This document shows, piece by piece, positions 13,101 through 21,167 of a stretch of DNA of 64,000 bases (positions are counted from its first letter, which is position 1; every line of letters starts with the position of its first letter). The stretch comes from a virus. Both the position numbers and the translations under genes were made by a program. Where the stretch lies: positions 28,626 through 92,625 of IMG/VR virus record IMGVR_UViG_3300030098_004740; one strand, written 5' to 3'. The notes under the pieces were generated by a model, which saw only the letters and a program-made list of their open reading frames with translations, was not told the origin of the DNA and ran no database searches.

Positions 13101-16100
13101 TCCTAGAGATGGTCATACTAAATTCTATCCATTGCCAGCTGGTAGTTGTGAATTTCCTCATCCATTTGTAGATGCTGATGGCAATGTATTAGAAACAATA
13201 CCAGATGATGCACAAACCGATAAAGCTTCATGCGAAAGAGAATATTGTTCTTTTGATCAAATTGATAATCAACAAGATTGCGAAAACGCCACTGATGATC
13301 AAGGAAATCCAGCAGGTTATAAATGGATGCTAGGAAGTTGGTCTGAAAACACTAAGGAAGAATCTGCTTATATCTGTGAAGATTTTCTAAGAAAAAGACC
13401 AACACAAGCTTATGATGATAGGTATCCAGAGACAGCAAGAAATTGTAGAAAATGTTCTAACCTATACAGTGACCAAAATAAAGCTCCTATTAAAAAAGAA
13501 TTTGCAGGGTGTGGTTGTGATTGTCTTGTAAATCATGTTGACGCGCTTGCTTTTGAAAGGTATCCTACCTGCCGAGAGGCTATAGGTGGTTTACTACCAG
13601 ATTGCACTCCAGAAATCTTAGGTCAACAACATACACTTGGCACAGCAGGCGCGTTGTTAGCTGTTTGTACGGCGGGTACTGGATCTCCGGCGGGAACAGG
13701 AACTGGCACTGAGGTATATTATTATTGGTCATTTGATCCTTGTCAATGCTTCCCTCAAAATGTTCCTCATAAGTGCATCGGTGATCATATACCTTTAGAA
13801 TATGGAAACAGTTGTGAAGATGATGGAGTTGTTTTACCGTCCAATAATGTCGGAGGTTGTTATAATTCAAGTAATGCTCTTATCTTAACCAAAACTGTTG
13901 AGCATGGAGCCAGTTGTAAAGATGGTATTGGTAGCATTGTTGCTGGTGTAACTACTAGAGATGAATGTATTTCTATAGCTGGTCGAGTTTGGAATACAAC
14001 AGCTTTAGATTGCGACACAAATGCTGGTGAGTACTTCAAAGCTGGTAACAAATTGGAATGTGGTGTAGTCGAAGTATCAACAGATGGTTATTCGGCTCCA
14101 TATTCTCTACCAAACTCTGCGCAGCCTCAATATGAAACATGTCCCGGTTTAGGAGCAATTGATGTTTCATTGAAATATGATGGTTCTGTTTGGCGTTCTG
14201 ATTGGACTCAAATGGGAGCAGTTGGGACAAAACAATGCAAGATGGGTCAACATAGATTCGTCTTCTCTCCCAACTGTAAGAGTACCGGACAGAGTCCATC
14301 AACCGCACCGAAAGGTTATGCTTTCCGTTCTTCGTCTGATCTAGTTGCAATAAACGCAGATTGTGGAAATTGCGATGCAGCACAATATTCTTATCAAGGC
14401 GTTAGGGTTTTTGGTCATGACCCACTAAACTATACGTACAGAGGACATGAATTCCCTACAGATGTAAAAGACAGTCATTATATTAGACTTGTCATGGGTT
14501 GTGGAAATAGCGTATCAAGCATAACACCAGAAGACGCAATGGTAAAACAAGGAGGTTTTGGAGGAGGTAGGCACACTTATAGAGACAATGGAATAGAAAT
14601 TTATGCACAAATAGCCAACTGTACTTTCTATGACTTTGACGCGAGCGAAGGTTTAAGGTTTGGAAGAGTTAATGAGGGTACTAGCGGACAACCTCCATGC
14701 CATGGCAGCAATTGTATAAGCAAAGCTAAAACTTTTGGAGATTGGACGGAAACTGGCAAACCGACGATTAGTGAAAGAATATTCAGTTTTGCTGGAAGAT
14801 GCATAGATGGACGAGCTAATTGTGGAAATCAAGGGCCTTGCGCAAAAATTGCAAGTTGTTGTGTATATACAGGAAGAGACGTACCTTTACAGACTGGCTT
14901 GGATGGTCAATCATTTCCGTTATGGAGTGGTGGAGTAGCCTGCACTACAGGAGGTGACATTGAACACAGATGTAGTGCTTGGGGTTACGATCCGTTTCCG
15001 AAAAAACCAGCAGAAGTATTCACTGTTTATTATGTAAAAGAAATACATGATGATGGAAGTGCAACCCTTGTTGTCAACAAGGGTATGGGGTGTTCTTGGC
15101 CCAAAGGTACTGTTGTAGGCATTGGTCACGCTGAATTACTAGACGCTGAAAATGATGACTTTGGTAGCACAACAAGAAACAACATGCCCAGAAATCCTTT
15201 TTTGCCAGCAGGAGCTACTCATCTATTAGGAAGTAGAGTATTTAACTACGATCAAAAAAGTTCTGGCGCTCCTATGGTGCTGTCAGATAGATGGGAAGTT
15301 TATGGAGAGTTTGATAATAAGACATTTGCTACCGAATATCCAATAGATGTAGAAGACCCTGCAATTCCTGATGGTAGAGGCAATCAGTTCACTCTTGGTC
15401 GTCCAGAACGTGGAAATACTGGTTTTATGGAAATAACAGTCGCAAGTATTGAGCCTCTCATAAGTAAAAACCCCAGACAAAATAGGCACTTAAAAATTTA
15501 TGATAGAAGTGGAATATTAGATGCTAATGGAACATTCGATCCTAAAGACGCAGACATGCTTCCAAATCGTGATTATGCACATCCATTTGGATTAAATCCA
15601 TGGCCTGTAGGAGTTCAAAATCATTCTTCAACTGGTAGAACGCAAGACATGTGGCCTAAAGGTGTTCCCATGGGATGGGAAAACACTGAGCATTTGAGAA
15701 AAGATCCTGTCGCTGCTCATACAGCTTTAGGAAGAGTTGGACTAAAGCCAACGGCTGAAAATTTAAACATGCTATCTGTTTATAATGAGGTATCACAAGG
15801 AAATACGACAACTCCGATCCCATTAATCATGCCAGTAACAACAGTCATGATTAATTCGATTGATAACGTTTATGCAACAGATGACGAAGATGGAACTTGT
15901 GTAGGAAAAGTAGCATACACAAAACAACAATGTCAATCTGGAGGAGCAAGCGCAGGAAGATGGATTCCTAGATTCCTTTATACAAAAGCTACAACTGGAC
16001 AACCGCACGACATAAGTGATGGCGAAAAAATAATTGTCAGCGGATCTGTCGCCTATCCAGCTACTTGTAGAGGGACTAGGCTTGGTTATTGCCATGGAGA

Positions 16101-18462
16101 TGTCTCGTTAACCATTAACGAATGCATGAAAGGTGTTTGCAAGGACGTTCAACATCCAAATGGTTTTGGCATAACCGGATCAATAAAAAAATATCATATT
16201 GATCCAGACACAAACAAACCTTGGGATACAGAACATGACTGCTCAATAGCGAGTGAGCAGAAAAGACAAGATTTAACTTCAAACGGCTGGGATCCAGATG
16301 GCACTTTTACTAAAGATCTAGTTTTCACTCCTAATGGACAATGGGTTCAAGTATATGAGGATCACGAAGCTGACGAACAAATATGCGAAGCTTTTGGTGG
16401 CGGATGGGTAGTTGGAAAAACCAATAATAAACAAGACAATAAAGGGCTATACGAGGATCCAACAAATGATTTTCCTGATGATTTAGATAACAAAGAAAAA
16501 GATTTTGTTCAAGGTTGTCCAGTAAATTGTCAAATTAATGGATTTATGATTCAAGATGCTTGTACTTCGCATTATGATTATGGTCAATGTTATGAGTGTC
16601 TCTTGCTAACAATAAAAGATGATCAAGGAAACGAAACTGAAGAATCCAGATGTCCTAGAGCTGAGCATGATGGAATGTACATAGCAAGGACGAATCCTGA
16701 AAGATACTGTCAAAATACTAATTATGATCCTGACTTTTCTAGCACTACAAATGGAAATCAAAGAAAACAAGCAATAGCCAATGCAAAGATAGAATGCATC
16801 AGAGCTGGTTTTGACTGGTATGGAGATGTACCACTTTCGTTAAAAGCAGATTCTAATGGAAATGAGCATTCATTTGAAATAGCTCTTCATGGCGAATTTA
16901 ATATGGATTTTGTTGATGGGGCAAAAATCTATGGAAGCGAAAGAGTGCCTCTTAGAGCAATGACTAAAGGTAGAAATGTTAAGAGTGATTGGCAATTAGA
17001 TGTTGAAGTCCACGAAGGAATTATTGTTGATCCTTTGGGTGACTTTAAAGATGATGCTAACTACACAGTACCAATAACAAAAGAAGAGTGCTTAACAGTA
17101 AGAGAACATGTGTGGATAGACACAACACCTGCTCGTCCACCTTCACCGTTTGGAAACACACAAACAAAAGGCACTGCAAATCAAACTCCTCTAGTGTCTT
17201 CTGCGTTTACTTCTGGATTTGGATATAAAACATATGGACAAGCAGGAACTAGTCCAACAGGAAACGTAGCAAACGGAACTGTAGGAGAATGTGTTTACAT
17301 CAGAAAAATAAGACGGTTCATGGAAAATTGGATTCCCCGTACAAACAATACTGGCGTTTCCTTAATACAAACTAATGAGTTCCTTGAGGAAGATGTTGAC
17401 GGAAATGCTGCCAAGATAGTATCTTCTCTTCAAGACGCCTGCGTAAGATCAGACAATTGTATATTAAATAAGAAGTTTGGTTGGTGTATGGATCTTACTG
17501 AGAATACACTTGGAACTTGTTATGAATATCTTCAAAACGGCGGAACTTGGAGAGAATCAAATCAACCAGCCAATAAATGTACTGATATATTTGTAGGACA
17601 ACAACAAGTTATAGGCTCTAGCACGTTAACCACATCTTTGAGCGAAAGAGAAGCATGTGCAACAAAAGGTATGCAGGCTTATGGTGGAGGGATTGGAACT
17701 ACGGTAAGCTCTACTGCTGTTGTAGATGATTTTGAATGTATGGATCCTCAAGTGCCTGCTTATCAGTCAACTTTTTCTTGTACAGTTAGTGATCCAGTCA
17801 CTCAACAGCCTTATACAGATGAGTTTTCTTGTATCGTTGGTGGAGGTCAATGGATTGAGACACCTCCAGCAAAACCAATAAGAGGTGCTGGAATGACTGA
17901 AAGGGTTTGTAGAGAAGTAGCATTAGGACATCCAGTCTACAAGAATAATCAAGGAGAAGTTATATCGCCTGCTCCAGAATATGGGCCAAGTACAATGAAC
18001 AAAGCCTTCCTTGATTTACAAGCATTGTCTTCAAAAGAGGCCATTGCTATGGGTCATGAGACTGGTATAGGAGAGACTCAAAGAGTTTACAAAGGTGTAA
18101 TATACGCTCCTAATATTGAGAAAAATCAATTTATGGGTGGTAAGGAAATAGAAACCTATACTAAATATGGAGTTCAAGAAAATGAAAGAGCTGTATGGAG
18201 CAGACATGGCGGATCTTTCGATATAATTGTAGGGTATCCACCACCGGAAAATAATTGTAGAGACGCTAATTCAACCGGACCTGTAAATCTAGATTGGCAT
18301 TTAGGGTTTGATCAAATATGTTGCAATGTTAGAGGTCCTTTGAAATTTTATCAATGTGCAGACAGATGTTATCATAATTACGAAGGTCCTTTAATTACAG
18401 ATTTAGAGCAGGATTTTAAAACAACTGGAGTGTCACATCTGATTGTAAATGTTCATGATTGA
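7180..18462 (+). CDS. Giant cysteine-rich repeat protein (3760 aa), putative tail fibre/adhesin
   Basis: 11.3 kb ORF with about 20 C-x(n)-C-x3-G(G)-x-W modules and two beta-barrel-like segments (ITSRSHGLRNGDLI; TTGQPHDISDGEKIIVSG) of a type common in phage tail proteins. No signal peptide. Confidence 0.7.
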   Translation: MAIGDFWDTSYNPIYEYGSNPLKNDRTGKYQWGPDYSDIVPQTSVGSLKRRQKGRFCSEGCGCVNTYCDSMLLPEGQYGCHLPPELSITVVRNPNGRYEAKGEIEGGGGETIHLKYSKGSWRGRRCCTSNAYGQLEYACDPCKVTTLPNGKPSECHPANNKFKDFGKNSHISQKSDNFTIRDDFDYDEALKGGSNWPRLGENAWLKLSVYNVTAPTTGTDMLRDTTFDGFASLCFDASGLPVKGIGNEGDCLKNSGYHWSEKTPVWINNDINDEDDVAGNGGHIQLIGTEEVPTKFSIDVKADEVVTNIKSREKTIKVTKDGYLDNYSINNGADPNDRVSTTKLNYYDPTSEDRGCLVDGSMPLKKRPYCRNAITGKRIQQQCEEVTGVNAGFGSGFSITKEKEDCEATSSSINGYCSISDPVTQQPYPDEASCNFASGTWVWEDNKWLYDDQTTCEDAGSCLAPKTDKFQSQEDRIVGAYCLDIVSGTKDPVPQNKAECEAQGHGIWKLGDSSSCTASYKEGSPVCNDIDGKDSGHADEDSCLAAGNTWMKNEWFSNQWVDWEYEKLSCCGETLLDHNYPSRTPQISGSTLSARKNPSCTTPYHEVILSPYQAGQNINTESYHSCIAAVNQWQRDDNTDTEFFMNTISYWTLVIRPCNFHGGCQDENVKRPDPQDLIDNKLDNYYDTTCGEEIVLYLSTDQLVNCSNLNLTIENENQIRSGWKEAQPMWHKSIGDTKGNPANLQFLMPGADSSMISGSSSYEFSYPGDAMYKNQYKHWCNNPDVNVDGIGDGGVCSQYHYWNSGFPKVQLANPKGIDAFYGFNLQPQPFKATEEKQNRAKLLYTAAVDHNTWQACAGHILGDANGGGHWFWNYGPDYFMYFDFLAYDEIHSFNPVAIKNDSPKCTAVATKAKEYVDSHVGFLRRGDCGYGNGPLWVGWIPDYDSWTNNKICPDCGSKGKNNCESEGGCLNADGSFETDQTDCSEKGQCNSPVGTKTTHTTEDECDEAGGSWSPAKFVPCCEWFEECSERIVTNHQDAGEFGMGAEPKYRDAVDKAECEKHPDQGGAGGVWSGGCTPGVGQRQQNQLCGEVQNPPEDFVDIVLGEQFGTCVLHKDGQNANITDMSKSDCGEESMKHECRIILTGIVVNTSQDACELNPLTEWVPVYDQDPAPKFEPDMIGHFDSKYPRREGPLTKLREAGPLTGSLADVSQMKGGFIERQPGVSVDFPSGTAKENPLNYWHRTGLYPRGETASYVSDGCVGVSHSGRIEHASNTTPIKITSRSHGLRNGDLIMTQDVLGNFAANVFLSQRDVKEIQWEDKLAGSCTGDNCDDQAYPASECLFEGKCLDSSGNDTGEKDKSKCNSAAGNTWEEVCPSEYLACYGFRVPGNMEPQYAPFAVVQNATADTFDLYTCDNLPLKGTLSTGAIKNLPESVDTHGQVIECEGVGNASVCFWGYFAQFTGYFGGEINPINPPPLTLGTEVTDDPTVNAGKPTIGKWAARCIAYDSGKVINQADDARSEYKFNPFAVLTGAPINENYTCGGTIADGGHWCGASDCDSRFGKWMTEQEMADNVLTKSKIEGSKEVCESYGICNIIKNAQEKAPKSVMTKSDCKKLSKVYHTLDLDAGYHDDSQIYVERCQDADGNIDNSPEIQDALDIKKACEERGSCSEAFFGNKKDCEGNGFIWNGGTYIKKANNCVGDEMEGQDNDLCWTPNVFGTEIDLSSTSGGGLGNDRPLPNYPVCPYTGTWEIFHQDLGIAAGYFTENQFDSIYRFGWGGLTRRWEERANDYYIQIEQKGICPVCCDHFLPETLTATISDTGSSLQDIVGGCPIDPCEAGDFIFDDDATARGTRSGWKKTSGKFSGSFDGYCCSDFYHPCSIPEDELTKCIADPTQFGHCYRVSNASGQEPGLLAGAYTKDECAKRGSGAGGCSKSGICTVNPQGNQTPADCEAAGGTWSPVTDQTGCTSAGGTWTPRDGHTKFYPLPAGSCEFPHPFVDADGNVLETIPDDAQTDKASCEREYCSFDQIDNQQDCENATDDQGNPAGYKWMLGSWSENTKEESAYICEDFLRKRPTQAYDDRYPETARNCRKCSNLYSDQNKAPIKKEFAGCGCDCLVNHVDALAFERYPTCREAIGGLLPDCTPEILGQQHTLGTAGALLAVCTAGTGSPAGTGTGTEVYYYWSFDPCQCFPQNVPHKCIGDHIPLEYGNSCEDDGVVLPSNNVGGCYNSSNALILTKTVEHGASCKDGIGSIVAGVTTRDECISIAGRVWNTTALDCDTNAGEYFKAGNKLECGVVEVSTDGYSAPYSLPNSAQPQYETCPGLGAIDVSLKYDGSVWRSDWTQMGAVGTKQCKMGQHRFVFSPNCKSTGQSPSTAPKGYAFRSSSDLVAINADCGNCDAAQYSYQGVRVFGHDPLNYTYRGHEFPTDVKDSHYIRLVMGCGNSVSSITPEDAMVKQGGFGGGRHTYRDNGIEIYAQIANCTFYDFDASEGLRFGRVNEGTSGQPPCHGSNCISKAKTFGDWTETGKPTISERIFSFAGRCIDGRANCGNQGPCAKIASCCVYTGRDVPLQTGLDGQSFPLWSGGVACTTGGDIEHRCSAWGYDPFPKKPAEVFTVYYVKEIHDDGSATLVVNKGMGCSWPKGTVVGIGHAELLDAENDDFGSTTRNNMPRNPFLPAGATHLLGSRVFNYDQKSSGAPMVLSDRWEVYGEFDNKTFATEYPIDVEDPAIPDGRGNQFTLGRPERGNTGFMEITVASIEPLISKNPRQNRHLKIYDRSGILDANGTFDPKDADMLPNRDYAHPFGLNPWPVGVQNHSSTGRTQDMWPKGVPMGWENTEHLRKDPVAAHTALGRVGLKPTAENLNMLSVYNEVSQGNTTTPIPLIMPVTTVMINSIDNVYATDDEDGTCVGKVAYTKQQCQSGGASAGRWIPRFLYTKATTGQPHDISDGEKIIVSGSVAYPATCRGTRLGYCHGDVSLTINECMKGVCKDVQHPNGFGITGSIKKYHIDPDTNKPWDTEHDCSIASEQKRQDLTSNGWDPDGTFTKDLVFTPNGQWVQVYEDHEADEQICEAFGGGWVVGKTNNKQDNKGLYEDPTNDFPDDLDNKEKDFVQGCPVNCQINGFMIQDACTSHYDYGQCYECLLLTIKDDQGNETEESRCPRAEHDGMYIARTNPERYCQNTNYDPDFSSTTNGNQRKQAIANAKIECIRAGFDWYGDVPLSLKADSNGNEHSFEIALHGEFNMDFVDGAKIYGSERVPLRAMTKGRNVKSDWQLDVEVHEGIIVDPLGDFKDDANYTVPITKEECLTVREHVWIDTTPARPPSPFGNTQTKGTANQTPLVSSAFTSGFGYKTYGQAGTSPTGNVANGTVGECVYIRKIRRFMENWIPRTNNTGVSLIQTNEFLEEDVDGNAAKIVSSLQDACVRSDNCILNKKFGWCMDLTENTLGTCYEYLQNGGTWRESNQPANKCTDIFVGQQQVIGSSTLTTSLSEREACATKGMQAYGGGIGTTVSSTAVVDDFECMDPQVPAYQSTFSCTVSDPVTQQPYTDEFSCIVGGGQWIETPPAKPIRGAGMTERVCREVALGHPVYKNNQGEVISPAPEYGPSTMNKAFLDLQALSSKEAIAMGHETGIGETQRVYKGVIYAPNIEKNQFMGGKEIETYTKYGVQENERAVWSRHGGSFDIIVGYPPPENNCRDANSTGPVNLDWHLGFDQICCNVRGPLKFYQCADRCYHNYEGPLITDLEQDFKTTGVSHLIVNVHD

Positions 18463-18487
18463 TATTACATAGATAAGAGGGATTAAG

Positions 18488-19105
18488 ATGAAAGGTTTTT
18501 TTGAAGATACTGAAGATGATTTTATAGAACAGGTTTACAAACCAGTTCAAAAGAGACAGCCTAAAGTATTTGAAAACGTTAGGAACATTCCAACTCAAAT
18601 GGGGTTTGATGAAAAATCTGGAAATTTATTAGTAACCCCTTGTCAGTGTGAGTTCAGGGATAGTCCAAATGGAATTTTTTGTGACAGGCATAAATGCTTA
18701 AAATCAAAATCTTTACATACGTTATGTCAAACTAGGCAGGATTACTTCCAACTATGGGAAGACGGGGTTGGTCCAATGCAAAACGCATTCAACAACGAAA
18801 TGAAAAAAAGAGGATACAAACAAATAGAAATAACAGAAGAAGAGGAAGTAATAATAGACAAAAAGAAGGAAGAAGAAGAAAAATTCTTCATGAATGACCC
18901 TAGAATACCTGCTAAGTCTAGAGGTTTAGGAGACACAATAGCAAAGGTAACAAAAGCAACAGGCATTAAAAAAGCTGTAGATACTGTATTCGGAGTGATT
19001 AATAAGGATTGTGGATGCACTGAAAGACAAGCTAAGTTGAATAGAATGTTTCCTTATGGAAAAGGTAAGGAACCTCCTAAGAAAACAAAAGGCTTTTTTG
19101 AGTAA
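18488..19105 (+). CDS. Phage protein with Cys/His N-terminal domain and GLGD...CGC..RQ..LN motif
   Basis: GAGG RBS; CQC..C.RH.C cluster; SRGLGDTIAKVT...DCGCTERQAKLNRMFPY, a motif I recognise from uncultured phage proteins. Confidence 0.75.
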   Translation: MKGFFEDTEDDFIEQVYKPVQKRQPKVFENVRNIPTQMGFDEKSGNLLVTPCQCEFRDSPNGIFCDRHKCLKSKSLHTLCQTRQDYFQLWEDGVGPMQNAFNNEMKKRGYKQIEITEEEEVIIDKKKEEEEKFFMNDPRIPAKSRGLGDTIAKVTKATGIKKAVDTVFGVINKDCGCTERQAKLNRMFPYGKGKEPPKKTKGFFE

Positions 19106-19117
19106 TGGTGTATAATA
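19103..19117 (+). promoter_or_regulatory. Putative phage promoter TAATGGTGTATAATA (copy 1)
   Basis: Identical 15-mer at 62543-62557 (- strand); contains TATAAT; lies upstream of the AAGGAG RBS of the gene at 19150. Confidence 0.65.
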
Positions 19118-19149
19118 TATTAGAAAATAAGCTCTAAGGAGATTTAAAT

Positions 19150-19860
19150 ATGGCCGAAATTAGTTTTTTGGCTGGCTCCACTACTGTTAATCACCTAGCT
19201 GGTTCTGGCTTGGGTTTTTTCGGTGGTTCTTTTGGCCAGTCAGTACAGATCAATCAGTTTCAAGACACTACATTTATTACCGATGGTGCTGGAACTACCC
19301 AAAAAGGCTCTGCTAATAACGTTAAGTACTCTACTGATACCACAGCTTTTGCTAATGGTATTGTTGAAGCAACTGGCTTGAAGTACATTCCAAACGAAAA
19401 AGCCACACTAAATATTAGATTTACAAACGACAGCGCTGTTAGAACGCAAAACTGTAAGTTACGAATATTTGATAGAGTCAACAAAGATCATCCTGCTAGT
19501 GGAGTAATCACCAGAGTCGCTGAGATTATTCATCCCAATACTTCCTACTCAGTTTTAGGCTCTGGAGATGACACTTGGTACGGAAGTACTTCCCATAGTG
19601 GCACTGATGCTCAAGGCACTTATAACGCTTCTACTAATCCAAGCGACAGGCTTCCAGATGGAACTCTTACAGTTGGTGGTAGTGGAATTTTTGTACCTCT
19701 TGCTCAATCCCCCGGAGCATTAGGAGAATTTGCTGGCAATGGCTCCGCTAACACTGGTCAGTACACTCAACATGACTGGTATGTAGCAATCACAGCCTCG
19801 CCTGACAGTATCGGTAGCAAGACCCAATATGGTCTATACGTAGAGTTAGAGTATCTCTAA
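19150..19860 (+). CDS. Putative virion structural protein (236 aa)
   Basis: Strong AAGGAG RBS, own promoter and terminator, Gly/Ser/Thr-rich beta-type composition. Confidence 0.6.
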   Translation: MAEISFLAGSTTVNHLAGSGLGFFGGSFGQSVQINQFQDTTFITDGAGTTQKGSANNVKYSTDTTAFANGIVEATGLKYIPNEKATLNIRFTNDSAVRTQNCKLRIFDRVNKDHPASGVITRVAEIIHPNTSYSVLGSGDDTWYGSTSHSGTDAQGTYNASTNPSDRLPDGTLTVGGSGIFVPLAQSPGALGEFAGNGSANTGQYTQHDWYVAITASPDSIGSKTQYGLYVELEYL

Positions 19861-19882
19861 AGACTACCTTTTTGTAAGCACC

Positions 19883-19914
19883 AAAAAACCCCGCCAGCAA
19901 TGACGGGGTTTTTT
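19883..19914. terminator. Bidirectional intrinsic terminator between the convergent blocks
   Basis: AAAAAACCCCG-ccagcaatga-CGGGGTTTTTT inverted repeat with A/T tracts on both sides. Confidence 0.85.
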
Positions 19915-19917
19915 ATT

Positions 19918-20247
19918 TTACTCTTCCTTCTGGGTTTTGGAATTCCATTTAACCCATCCATTATCAGGTAGCCAATTACCTTCTTTATCCTTGCGTTTGG
20001 GAAATAGTCTTCCACCCTTTTTCATGACTCCAAATGCTAGCTTAGCACCGCAATCAGAGCATCTAAGTTCATAGTATAGGTTGTCGTCTACATTCCTAAC
20101 TTGAAACTTGATGTTGTCGCTTCCGCATTTTCCGCAAGTTGTTTCTTCAAAAATCTCTTGAAAGTTAGATAACTTTTGAAATAGTTCAATCTGTGTTTCA
20201 AATTCAATTTCAACACTGATTTTCCCGCTAGTGTAAGTTGCTTTCAT
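19918..20247 (-). CDS. Zinc-ribbon protein
   Basis: CGKC...CSDC pairs; TAATG overlap with the upstream gene. Confidence 0.75.
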   Translation of the reverse strand: MKATYTSGKISVEIEFETQIELFQKLSNFQEIFEETTCGKCGSDNIKFQVRNVDDNLYYELRCSDCGAKLAFGVMKKGGRLFPKRKDKEGNWLPDNGWVKWNSKTQKEE

Positions 20248-21167
20248 TATAACCTCCAGTTAGCCTTATAACCTTTTATCGAATCTTGAATGGGTTCGCC
20301 ATTCTGATACCCATTTAAAAACTTAATCATTTTCTTTGCACTGTCTCTTGTGACTTGGCCAATATTGGCGTAATCACCACTTCCTATATTAATAAACGAC
20401 ATAACGTCAATGTCGAGTTGTTTACACTTAGTATCTATAAATTGAACTTGTTGAGTGCTGATACTTTGATCAACTTCGTATTCTCCAGATGTTGGAGTCT
20501 TCTTTACAGATTCTTGTACGATACTAACAATATCTTTCTTCGCTAATTCTTCAGCGGCAAGACATCTTAGCTTTAAAGCTTTCCTCAAAGCTCTCCCTTC
20601 AGCCCTCGTGCTAGCAGTAGCGACAGGATGAGCGCAGAACAAATCATCAGTATTACCATGCCATACATCTGCTACCTCTTTATACACCCTATGCTGTCCA
20701 CTGTTCATCCAGTTAAAGACAACTTTGAATACTACTGTTGCCCTATCAGGAGATGACCCATCCATAGCAGGAAATACTTGCTCTGGACCAGACTCTATAA
20801 TGTCACCCAATAGAAACTCAGCGACTCTTCTAAGACCTGCACATATTGGATTACCATCAATAAGTTCATTTCTATGAAAATGAGCCATGACAAAATCATT
20901 CCACTCATCACTAAACATAGACGGACGGCCTTCTTCTCCAACGGATTCTTCAACTACTACTTCTTTGGCTTCTTCTTCCGTGTTGTCAAATAGTTCATCA
21001 AACATATCATCAGGGTTTTCAACTTGCATCGTTACAAAATCTTCATCTTTAGCCATGATAGCCTCCACTAATTCAACTAAGTCTTTTTTCTTTGCACCAT
21101 TAGGTATGGCGCAATTATGATCATCCAAAATTTGTTTTAATTCATTTATTGTTTTTTTACTATACAT
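20247..21167 (-). CDS. Putative Rad52-like single-strand annealing protein with N-terminal HeH/SAP-like motif
   Basis: ATASTRAEGRALRKAL helix motif typical of Rad52/22-superfamily SSAPs; N-terminal KTINELKQIL...KKKDLVELV. Confidence 0.55.
   Translation of the reverse strand: MYSKKTINELKQILDDHNCAIPNGAKKKDLVELVEAIMAKDEDFVTMQVENPDDMFDELFDNTEEEAKEVVVEESVGEEGRPSMFSDEWNDFVMAHFHRNELIDGNPICAGLRRVAEFLLGDIIESGPEQVFPAMDGSSPDRATVVFKVVFNWMNSGQHRVYKEVADVWHGNTDDLFCAHPVATASTRAEGRALRKALKLRCLAAEELAKKDIVSIVQESVKKTPTSGEYEVDQSISTQQVQFIDTKCKQLDIDVMSFINIGSGDYANIGQVTRDSAKKMIKFLNGYQNGEPIQDSIKGYKANWRL

Noticed and set aside
7180-18462. Diversity-generating retroelement or DNA tandem-repeat array behind the Cys repeats
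   Set aside because: No reverse transcriptase in the window; the copies I compared differ mainly at synonymous sites, without an evident adenine-specific pattern.
7180-18462. Multiheme cytochrome or eukaryotic EGF-repeat protein
   Set aside because: No recurring CxxCH motifs, the Cys spacing does not fit EGF, and the gene is translationally coupled in a prokaryotic-style operon.
567-19484. Many 60-180 aa minus-strand ORFs in the track
   Set aside because: Antisense shadows of the long + strand genes with no recognisable motifs.
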